From NCBI GenBank assembly GCA_048213135.1, contig PS015474.1:1-44743 (forward strand): a DNA stretch of 44,743 nt. The letters run 5' to 3'. This DNA is from Reclinomonas americana ATCC 50394. Its lineage: Eukaryota. The position numbers and the translations under genes are program-made. Positions 11,795 through 26,041 of this stretch are shown here, in pieces; within the stretch, counting starts at the first letter, position 1, and each line of letters starts with the position of its first letter. Below the pieces are notes generated by a model. It was not told where the DNA came from, did no database searches, and saw only the letters and a list, made by a program, of their open reading frames with translations.

Positions 11795-14700
11795 TTACAA
11801 CAACGAGCATCTGCACTTCCGCGATCCGATCTCGGGAGCATTAACGGCGTCGTGTGGTTGTCGTCGCTCCTCTGGATGTGGTGATCGTGGTGGGTCCAGG
11901 TGATGCAAATCTCCGTCGCGGTCACGTCGGCACTCTGCCAGCGCAGCGATGGCAGCTACCGTCTTCGGATCCTCACCACCAAGCACCGCTCGCCGGCCAT
12001 CCGCACACTCTACCAGCAGTGCCTCTGCCTCGGACCATAGTTGCTGTTTCATGAGCAGAAGGCCGTAGTTGTTCATCGTCAGCAATGTTTCTTCATGCTT
12101 GTCACCCAGCACCTCACGTCTTCCCTCCAAGCACTCCCGATACAAAGCAGTAGCTTCTTCCAGTGATTCTGATGTGTTCTGTTGCTCGAGAGAAAACAGC
12201 AAGATTGTTCATCGAGACGAGTGTGTCCGGATGTCGATCACCCAGTGTTGCTCGCCTCAACTTCAAGCATTCTCGCTCCAGTTGAATTACTTCTGCCTGG
12301 CGACTGCAGTCTTGAATACATCTGGCAATATTGTTCAGGGAAACCAACGTGTAGGAATGCTGAGTTCCGAGAATCAGTCGTCTCATCTCCCAGCATCGTC
12401 GATGATATAATTCAGCATCAGCGTATCGCTTCTGCTCGTAGCAGACTGCGCCCTGACAATGAAGCGACATCAGCAAGTCTGGATGATTCTTACCCAGGGT
12501 CGCACACTGCCGCTCGCAACACTCCACCAGCAGCGCCGAATTGCCAGCGGAGTAAGCTATCCACATCAAGCACCTCAACGAGTCAATCCTATCCAACACA
12601 GTCAACTCGACTGTGCTATCCCTCTCCCACTCCTTGTACAAATACCACACCTCCTGAGACGCTGCAACACATTCATCCCGCCGACGAAGTAACTGAAACA
12701 ACCATCCTCGACACTTCGCAACAACAACTGCGAACCGAAGCTGCACTGGACTCAGTACGGTACGACAATCTCTATGTTTCTCACATTCCAGAACGCGCCG
12801 GACAAGTAACGAGGCTATGGCCTCGTCGAATCCAACAGCAGGCAGTTTTCCTCGCACACACAGCTCAGCAATCCACTCCACCGCCCCACACTGCGCCAGC
12901 AGCCCATTCACACCAGCAGCATCACTCGTCCACATGCCATCGTCCTCACTCAACCGTCGCCAGACTGCGCGAATCACACCAAGCAAGTCACGAGACACTA
13001 GTAGCACACCGTCACTGTCATTCAAAGGATCGATGCCATTCACGACACAAGACACCAGTCGCACAACCAGCCGCTGCATCCGAGACACTGCATTCTCATA
13101 CTGCCCCACAATCCACCCAGCAATCTCATCGTGCACTCGATACTCCACCACCACTCCACTCTCCCGCACCTGCTCACCACACAACACACGAGACACACTG
13201 TCCGTGCTGCCACTGACATCCACTGTCACCAGACTCGACAAGCACAGACCCTTCAGCACATCCTCCAATCCTTCGCCACCACCACCACCCACCAACTCAT
13301 CACGCTGTGCACGCACCCGCTGCTCCTCCTCGTCACTCATCTCGTCAAACTGCAGTCGCTCACCCACCACCTCGGGTGCACGCCATCGCCTCTCCTGCGC
13401 CAGCTCGTGCAATCGCAGTCGACGCACACACTGGCCCAACTCCACCAGTCGACTTGCCGCCTCCTCATCTTCATCACCACCACCCGCAGCCATCGTCATA
13501 TCGGGAATCACTCGCAACACACCCAGAGCCACTCGCGCAAGTGCCACTGTCACTGGCAGGCCGAGTTCCTTGCACGCCGTGATCAGCACCAGCAGACGAC
13601 GTGCAGCTGCTGTCTGCGACATCACATTGCGTTCCAGCAGCTGCGACAGCGCATCGCCACCAATGCCATTCAGCACCTCCTCCAGTCGCGCTCCCACCAG
13701 CTGTGCTGGCGATTGGGACAGCAGCCAGCTGCATGACAAAGAAGAGAAGAGAAGAGTGAATTATCTCATCCTCGACACCAGCCCACTTACAGCACTCACC
13801 CAACGCAAGCACTCACTCGCAGTGCACTCTTCTCCTGCTGTCCACTCTCCAGCGCCTCCACAATCTGTCGTCGCATATCCACTGACACCTTGTGGAGCAG
13901 TCGCTCCTCCACCAGCTGCACAATGTCCTCGTTCTCCACGCTCTCCACTCGCACACACTTCACCTCCGCCACATGCATCATCGAGTCACGAATCTCATCG
14001 GCCACTTGCCCATATCGACTTGTCACCACCACAATCGGTGCCACCATTCCATCTGCACAAAGCCAGACGCATGATGAACATCAAATCAGGATCCAGCATC
14101 CAAGCAAGAATGAGAATTCTCTCAGATGCCAATACACACCCTCATCAGCACATTGAACAACATTCCTCACTTGTTCCGCCGATCCCACATTGTCCAGCAC
14201 CATCACTCCACTCGATGCATGCATCAGCTGTCGCAGGAGACGACGTGCTGGCTCCACCTCGCCACTCGCCAGCAGTGCATCCACCTGACCGGCCATCATG
14301 CGTCCCTCCACTTCGTCCACACGCATCTGCGCTGACACAAAGGCACGCAGACACTCGCCCAGAGCACTCTCCGCCTGCAGTGTGCGGCACGGAGAGAGAG
14401 AGTCAGAATGACAGACACGAAGGAGACGACGCAACATGATAAGAATACATGCATGTTGCCTCAGCACACCTTCACATGCTCCCTCGCATCGCCCACATGA
14501 CCACGCATCTCCACCGACACGGCAGATCCTTTCCATCGACGAGTGGCCAGCAGCTCGGTCACCAGAAGCTCGGCCAGGAACGACTTGCCAGTGCCACCAT
14601 CGCCCGTCAGCACCACCACGATTGGATGGTGTGCTGCACAAGAAATCATCATCCAACAAACAACATGATAAGACACACGATTGCGGACAAGGAAGGGGAA

Positions 14701-16281
14701 TGAGAAGGAACAGTCAACCTTCCACCGCATCCACAATGCGCGTGGCGAGTGAGGCGGCCAGTGCACGCCGACTCGGGAAGCGGAATGTGGTCACTGGATT
14801 GACAGCGCGGGCGATGAGCGGTGTCTTCCGAGGGCTATCAAGTGCTGTGGGGCATGGAGAGTGCGGATGAGCACAGAAATGCACATTCAACGCAGGCCCA
14901 TCGTGGAACACACCTGCAGCTGAGGGAGAAGAGGGAGAGATGCTCATCTTGCTCAGCTGCTGTTGCACGAGCTCCATCTCCGCACGCACTGTCGCCTGCA
15001 TAGCTAACCGCATCTGATGAACCACAAAAAAGGGAGACGCCATAAGTCCTCAGCAGATGACCACCTCTCGCACATCCACTCAACTTGCTCCATGTGCACA
15101 TGCAACAGCGTTTGATCTGCCTGACTCAGTGCACCTGCATTCACACAAAATAAAGACAAAATCAGCTTCCACATTCGATCAAATCATCCACGCACAAGCA
15201 CCAGCCATCTCTCTCCATCACTCACCATCACGAGCCTCATTCAGCTGCACCACCAATTCCTCCTCCACATCCCTGCCAATCTGCAGTCGCCGCACAAGCT
15301 GGTGCAGCTCGCCCTCTCCTCTTCCGTCACCGAGTAGAGGCACAAAGAGTGCCCGAGATCGTGCGGGACTCGCTTGCTCAAATACCTCCCTCATTTGCTC
15401 AATCGCATTGCGCTGTGAACAATGAGGGAGTGAGAGGCACAATCACACAAAGAAGGAGATCACACTTGTCCTCCTTCTCATTCCCACACACTCACCACAT
15501 CGCCAGGTGGAATCAAACGATCCGGCTCGTCTCGCGGGTGCTCTCGATGACCCGCCAGCAGCAAGATCGAACAGCACAGCATCGCATCAAACGAGCTGCA
15601 GTCGTGCAGCTGGCCTCGCTGATGCCACTCGCGCACCAGCTGGAGCTCCTTCTCGTTCAACTGGACACACATGTCCACTCCATCTGGCATAGTACTGCAC
15701 GTTGGGGAATAGGCACAAACAAAGCGAGGATGCTGGTGAGTGAGGAATGCGTGCAACAAGAATGAGGAGGCATTCATCAGGGATGGAATGTGGAGTCGTG
15801 TGTCATGAGACAAAGAAGAGCGCAAGATTGGGGAGCAAGGGATGACCAGCGCTCATCACCATCTGCCACTTGCTTGTGGCAATCTGTTCTCTTCTCTTCT
15901 CTCATTCACATCTCCATCTGCATCTTGCCATCGTGTGCTTTGCCATCCACTCCACACACTCACCGCGCATCACGCTCACTCGGCGCCTTGCACCACTCGG
16001 CGACGTGATTCACACCGGGATACGAATCGAGAAACGCCGGCAGCACTTGCTCGAGTTTGGATTGCAGAGCGCGGGTGCATGGACGAGACAGTGCCATGGC
16101 AAGGCGTATCATGCATTCCTCATCACCAGTATCGTGATGATGACTGCACGAGAGAGGAGAGAGGAGAGGAGAGTGACAGGGAACGAATCACTCACAATGT
16201 GGAAATGATAATGATGATGATGCATTTGAATAACACAATGAAGACACGCAACTCACGCGGCACTCCACTCCCACTCGCCAT
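11795..16281 (-). CDS. NLR-like protein A: helical (possibly HEPN-derived) N-domain, STAND P-loop NTPase, TPR, CaaX; 1-bp frameshift near 12195
   Basis: Walker A VVLTGDGGTGKS (~14604-14581), Walker B GVMVLDNV, sensor motif PIVVVTSR. TPR_10/12-type repeats LGxxHPDTLVSMNNLA and LGDKHEETLLTMNNYG in one long exon 13728-11795. Ends GSRKCRCSLL*. N-terminal exons 16143-15964, 15694-15496, 15412-15225. Confidence 0.8.
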
Positions 16282-16703
16282 GATGATGTGTCACAACAGG
16301 AACACCAAGAAACGTAAACACACTGACAGATGCCAGGCTCTCACCCTCTCTCTGCGTCACAAAAAGAAGCGGCGAAGCGCAAAAGCGCACTCTTCTTCTT
16401 CTCTCCCTTTCTCACACGCACGCACGCGCAGCAGGAACGACTGACACAAAACAGAACACACTCTCTGCGTCACAACAGTGAATGAGCACACACACACAGG
16501 GACATTTGTTCGGCGTGGCACGTATGCTGAAGCACATCACCGGATTGCCACACGGCAACAGGCTGCAATCACCCTCCGTGTACACAACAACAATAACACC
16601 GCTGTCATGTAATGACAAAAAACTTCCGAAGTCCGACGACGTCGGTGCTATTTTCGCACACCCAAACCTGACAACCTTTCTTCCCCCCGCTTGCAGAGAA
16701 GCC
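16282..16703. promoter_or_regulatory. Short divergent intergenic region (probable bidirectional promoter / 5' UTRs) between NLR-A and the methyltransferase
   Basis: Head-to-head gene 5' ends about 0.4 kb apart. No specific promoter motif identified. Confidence 0.35.
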
Positions 16704-20248
<3,545 letters not shown>

Positions 20249-21900
20249 GCGGCCACACTGCTCGTCAAGAGGGAGGGCTGCGAATAGAGTGCGACTCCTG
20301 ACGCTTTGCGGGACGAGCAAGCACGTGTTTTAGCGGAGGAGGTGAGGAAAGTCATTAATATAGTGCGACTTTAACGCGATAGTGACTCTGGTGGACGATG
20401 CCGCGGTGTTGAGCCATTCGCTGCGACGACGACTGCACTGTGTCTGTGGTCAACGTAGGAGGGAGGAGGAGGAGGAGATGTCACTATGGCGTGAGAGAAA
20501 ACATGGTGTGCTTGGCAGGGAGACGTGAGAGTGGGGAAGTGCTGTTGCCTGATGTTGCACACGCGCTTCCCCAGCCTGCAACCCTCAGTCCTCTTGTTCT
20601 CGCAATGTGGTCGAGTGTCGTGCGCGCGTTGTGCCATGTCATGCACAAATAAGTAAGCGCGTTGTTGAGTCGCGTCATATGCAGGATCGCCTGCATCACT
20701 GTCAAAAAACCCCAAGTAAGCGAGTCGCGACGTTGACAACTAACTAATGCATTGTAGCGCGCGCTTCGAACACTCAATCACTTCTCTTTAAAGCAGCGCA
20801 ATGAGGAGAAGAGGCAACAATGCAAGTCACTGGTTGACTACTTACTGCATCAGTTGCACGTACACATGCACGCAAACAATGGTGAACGCACGAAAGTGGC
20901 GAGTCGCAACAGGACAAAACTCACATTTCATTATTCCGCAAGTGTGGCCGCGCAGAGACACACTCACACACGCACACGCACACACTCACACACAGAGAGA
21001 AGCTCGACACAGTAAAGTAAGAGAATGAGGTGAGTGCAGTCACACACAACAAACACACACATTGCGTCATGTGTGTTCGACAGTGAATGTGTGTGTGAGT
21101 GTGTGTGTGTGAGAGAGCGAGAGGCGCAGAGAGAATGTGTGTGCAAGAGAGAAGGATATTGAGCACATGAGAGAGTTTGTGTGTACATGTGTGCATGTAC
21201 TCTCTCTTTGTTTTTTCTTCCCTGCTTGCATTCTTTGCTGTCACGCACACACACACACTCACACACACACTCACACACTCTCTCTCACGCACACTCGCTT
21301 GCTGTGCATTTCTCCGACATTGCATTCCTTGTCTAACATCTCTTTTCCTTTTTCTCTCTCACTCTCACTCTCCACTTGCTTCCTCATCCTCTTCCTCCTC
21401 CACCGCCTTCTCACCCTCATGCCTTTCTCTCAGACTTCTTCCTCTCTCCCATGCAATTCGCCTCCTCCTTTGTGAGTTGCATTTCTCCGACCTCTCTCTC
21501 ACACATTCTTCCCGTTCTGTCACCATTCCCTCTTCCTCCTTGCCCCCATCCTTCTCCTCTTCCACTTTCCCTCACTACTTATCGAACAAGAACTGCCTCT
21601 CTGTCTCTCTCTCTCTCTCTTTGTCTCTATCATCGCTCTCTCTCTCTCACCCTAACTTCTTCCTTCACCTCCCCCTTTCCTCCCTCCTTTCCCCCCACCC
21701 CTTCTCCCCACCCTTTCCCCCACCCTTCCCTTNNNNNNNNNNNNNNNNNNNNNNNNNNNNNNNNNNNNNNNNNNNNNNNNNNNNNNNNNNNNNNNNNNNN
21801 NNNNNNNNNNNNNNNNNNNNNNNNNNNNNNNNNNNNNNNNNNNNNNNNNNNNNNNNNNNNNNNNNNNNNNNNNNNNNNNNNNNNNNNNNNNNNNNNNNNT

Positions 21901-22119
21901 GCCGCCACGCACGCGGCGGAGGACCACAGCCACCAGCAGTTTGCGGCGGAGCGCGAGCTCCTGCTGCAGCAGGTGTCGGTGGCGAAGAGCGAGCGCGAGG
22001 CCATGCACCAGTCGATGGAGTACCTGAACCGCGAGTTGAATGGCGAGCGCGCCAAGGTGGAGAAGCTGTCGGCGCGTCTGCGCCAGCTCGGTCACAGTGA
22101 TTTCTTGTCGCACGTGTGA
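21901..22119 (+). CDS. Terminal coiled-coil exon of a + strand gene (upstream part in a gap or in the 22955-23580 contig)
   Basis: GC3-rich coding-like stretch AATHAAEDHSHQQFAAERELLLQQVSVAKSEREAMHQSMEYLNRELNGERAKVEKLSARLRQLGHSDFLSHV*. Confidence 0.7.
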   Translation, partial: AATHAAEDHSHQQFAAERELLLQQVSVAKSEREAMHQSMEYLNRELNGERAKVEKLSARLRQLGHSDFLSHV

Positions 22120-22205
22120 GAGCGTGGAGGAGAGTGAGGGGTTGTGGGGAAGAGCGCACACAGCGCGGTGCGAATACATTTTGCGTCTCACGAAAAAAAT
22201 GCTGT

Positions 22206-24022
22206 TCAGGCAAACATGCACACGTCGCTGAGGCAGCGCTTGTCGCAGTTGGCCGGCGGCGTGAAGAGCGAGTCCTTTTGCGGTCCGGGTGCGTAGGTGC
22301 TCAGGTCGAAGCTGTGGGGTGGAGTGAGCACTCAAAGAGAGATACGGGGGAGGGGAAAACGGGCGCAGCGCAACTCCCACTGCTTCAGCTGTCCGTTCTT
22401 GTGCTCCATGTACTGCACGGGGCGCTGCGCCGCGTCGGTCGTGGCGTAGTAGTGGTTGTCCGAGGCGCCGTACTTGAGCCAGCCGTCGACCTTGACGCCT
22501 GCGGGTGGGGAGTGAGGCGGAGGGGGAAAGGGAAAGAGGTGAGGGGAGATGTGGACCATTCACAATCGACTGTCCGGTGTAGGAGGTGCCGCCGTTGCGC
22601 ATCCAGTCGTCTGCGTGCAAGTGGTGAGCGGCACGAATAGGGATAGAGTGTGATGTGAAGGGTCACGAAACAGCGAATGGCGCCAATGTGCTGCGAGCTG
22701 GGGATAGAAGGAGATGTGAGTGAGGGGAGAAGGGGAAGAGAAGAATGACAGCAAGGCGTACCACTTGCAGCAGAAGTTGCCGGTCGGGTACTGCGGGGGA
22801 GAAGAGTGAGACGCAGATGGGGAGAGCGAGGAGGAGAGTGAGAGAGAGAGAGACGAAGGGGGAGACGGAGGGGAGAGCGAGAGGGAGAGAGAGAGGAGGG
22901 GAGAGCGAGGAGGGAGACGAGGGGGGAGGACGAGNNNNNNNNNNNNNNNNNNNNCTCTCTCTTCTCTCTCTACTCTCTCCTCCTCCTCCCTCCTCTCTCT
23001 CTCTCCTCCTCTCTCTCTCTCTCTCTTTCTCTCTATCCCTCTCCCTTTCTTCCCCCCTTATCCCCTTTACCCCCTCCCCCTTCCCTCTCTCTCCCTTTCC
23101 CTCTCCCTCTCCCTCTCCCTCTCCCTCTCCCTCTCCCTCTCCCTCTCCTCTCCTTTTCCCTCATCCCCTTCCCCTCTAACCCCTCGCAGGCCCTCGCCTA
23201 CCGCAACCAACAAAACGTCACCTGCCTCATGCTCGCCATCGAGACCAACCAACCCGTGGACCTCATCTCCGAAATCGTCACCCGCTTCCCGGAGACCGCC
23301 AACCACACCTACAGCGACGGCAAGACCATCCTGCAGCGGTGCCACGAGCTCAATCACCAGGACTATGTCGATGCCATTGAATTCGGTACTGTTTGATGTG
23401 AAGAGAGTCACCTTTTCTACAAGTCACTCACTCAATCCCTTCACAGCCCTGGCTCCCCCGCCCACCAAGCAGCAATACGGTTCGCCTTTCTCCCTTCTCC
23501 CTATCTCTCTCTCTCTCTCTCCTTTTCTCACCTTTCCCTTTTACAGCCGCCGCCCTCCGCCGCATCAAGGAACTGGAGTCNNNNNNNNNNNNNNNNNNNN
23601 GGGAGAGCGAGACAGGGGAGAGCGAGAGGGGGAGAGCGAGAGGGGGAGAGCGAGAGGGGGAGAGCGAGAGGGGGAGAGCGAGAGGGGGAGAGCGACAGGG
23701 GATTGCGAGATTGCGAGTAGAACAGAGCAGTACGGGAGACTGAGACAAAGACGAGAAAAGAGACTGAGAGAACTGCAGGGCAGGAGAAAGTGCCTGCAAT
23801 CGAGTGGCTCCGCCACAAACCTGCAGATACAGCCTGCAAGCAACAACTGTGTGAGTGCGAGTCAGACGCACAAGAACAGCACACAAAACGCACCAGCCGT
23901 CCAGCGCATGAATGACGTTGCAGGGGTCGCCAAACGGCGGCGCACCGTGAATGCCCTTGCACACCTCGTCGTGCTGGCCCTGGTGCATCTCGTAGCGCGA
24001 CACATTGCGCGCGCCATCGTAG
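22206..24022 (-). CDS. Cys-rich ependymin-related / LolA-fold-like protein, probably secreted or lysosomal; 5' exon(s) not identified
   Basis: Exons 24022-23894, 23833-23821, 22790-22762, 22697-22672, 22610-22556, 22497-22377 and 22312-22206 splice in frame: YDGARNVSRYEMHQGQHDEVC...PCNVIHALDGWLYLQYPTGNFCCKCSQHIGAIRYDWMRNGGTSYTGQSIVNGVKVDGWLKYGASDNHYY...QKDSLFTPPANCDKRCLSDVCMFA*. The gene model is solid; the family call is from the motif pattern only. Confidence 0.65.
23190..23580 (+). CDS. Internal exons of an ankyrin-like plus coiled-coil protein, on a small contig between 20-N gaps
   Basis: ALAYRNQQNVTCLMLAIETNQPVDLISEIVTRFPETANHTYSDGKTILQRCHELNHQDYVDAIEF|ALAPPPTKQQY|AAALRRIKELE, with AG/GT boundaries. 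Confidence 0.6.
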
Positions 24023-24893
24023 CTGAGAAGGAAAGGAGGAGAAGAAAGCAAGTGAGAAGGGAGGAGGGAGAGAGAGAGTGGGAGGAGAAGGAAAGAATGG
24101 AAAGAGAGGGGAACCGAGGAAGACGACGGGAGCCAGGGAGAAAGAAGCCACAGCGAGAGAGAGACAGCGAGTCAGCAAGCAAGTGTGAAAGCAAGATAGA
24201 AAACCGATAGATGCAACGAGATGGAATGATGATATGAGTATCAGCGAGAACGACGTACAGAAAGAGAGAACGCAGATGAGAAAGGAGACTCGAAAGAGAC
24301 AGACAAGCAACCAGGAGAACAGACACAAGAGAAAGGCGACACAACACCTCACAGACATTGCAAACATTTAGTTTCTCCGAGTGTCAACAGCATGCTCCTC
24401 CCTCGTCCTCACTGCAGTCTCTCTTCAACCGTACTTGTGAGTGAGTGTGTATGTGTGTGCGTGAGAGATGGAGAAAGCGACAAATTAAAAGAGAAAGACG
24501 ACAGAGTGCAAGAGACTGCGACAGTTGGGAGAGACGAAGAGAGCGAGAAACAATAGATAGAGAGGCAAAAAAAGGCATACATGTGAAACCAATGAGCACG
24601 AGCAATTACAGAGGGTCTGCTCCCATAAACAAAAGACAGCAAGGCGACAAAACACCTCGCAGACATCGCAAACAAACAGTTTCTCCGAGTGTAACAAACA
24701 TGAATCCTTTCTAGATCGCCTCAGTACTTGTGTGAGTGAGTGCGAGACAGTTTGAGTGTGTATATGAACGATTAGGTGACAACTAAAGGCGCCTAAGGTG
24801 TGGATAAAGCGCCCAAGGTGTTGGATTGTTACAGTGATCAAGTGCAATAATGCGAGTGAGCAAGTGAGTGAGTGAGAGAGTGAGTGTGAGTGA

Positions 24894-24896
<3 letters not shown>

Positions 24897-24960
<64 letters not shown>
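24897..24960. repeat. (TG)n microsatellite
   Basis: Perfect TG run. Confidence 0.95.
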
Positions 24961-24961
<1 letters not shown>

Positions 24962-25052
24962 CAATCAATACGTCTAACTCTCAACACTCTCACAATGTCT
25001 CTGCATTCTCTTGGCGTGTTCATGTGTGAGAGTGTGTATCTGCATGCTGTGT

Positions 25053-25083
<31 letters not shown>

Positions 25084-26041
25084 ACGCACACATACACACA
25101 CGCACACACACCAGTCACTCTCCCTCTCTCTCTTTTCCTCTCTCTCACTCTCTCCCTCCCTCACACACTCAACTAATAATCAAACTGCCANNNNNNNNNN
25201 NNNNNNNNNNNNNNNNNNNNNNNNNNNNNNNNNNNNNNNNNNNNNNNNNNNNNNNNNNNNNNNNNNNNNNNNNNNNNNNNNNNNNNNNNNNNNNNNNNNN
25301 NNNNNNNNNNNNNNNNNNNNNNNNNNNNNNNNNNNNNNNNNNNNNNNNNNNNNNNNNNNNNNNNNNNNNNNNNNNNNNNNNNNNNNNNNNNNNNNNNNNN
25401 NNNNNNNNNNNNNNNNNNNNNNNNNNNNNNNNNNNNNNNNNNNNNNNNNNNNNNNNNNNNNNNNNNNNNNNNNNNNNNNNNNNNNNNNNNNNNNNNNNNN
25501 NNNNNNNNNNNNNNNNNNNNNNNNNNNNNNNNNNNNNNNNNNNNNNNNNNNNNNNNNNNNNNNNNNNNNNNNNNNNNNNNNNNNNNNNNNNNNNNNNNNN
25601 NNNNNNNNNNNNNNNNNNNNNNNNNCCACAGCTGAGACAGTGGAGAGTGTGGAGAGTGAGAGAAGGAGGAGGAGGAGGAGGAGAGGAAGGAGGGAGAGAC
25701 GAGTCATGACGAAGCAAGAGAGAAGAAGAAGAAGAGAGAGAGAGAAGAGAGAGAGAGAGACAGCAAGAAATTATTCTTGGCACGAAGTCATGTCCCTTGT
25801 GGACAGGTGTGACAGTGTGCGCTGCTGCTGTGAGTGGAAGTGAGTCTGTGTGATCTCATTTTATTCTCTTCAGCTCATTCTTCACTTCGTGTGCGTGTGC
25901 GAGCAAGAGACAGAGAGTGACGGAGTTATTGCATCTCTCAGATCTGCTTTTTATTGTGACAAAGCGAGAGACAAGAGGGCCTGTAGTTCGTTCATCTGCT
26001 CTGTCAGTGTGCTGTTGTTGCTCTTGTTGTTCCACATCATC

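Noticed and set aside
12182-14439. Long + strand ORFs (344 aa, 540 aa)
   Set aside because: Antisense shadows of NLR-A coding exons; Ser/Thr/His-rich with no domain signal.
20371-20777. Short ORFs in non-repetitive sequence after the methyltransferase
   Set aside because: No motif, codon bias or consistent splice sites that I could support; left unannotated.
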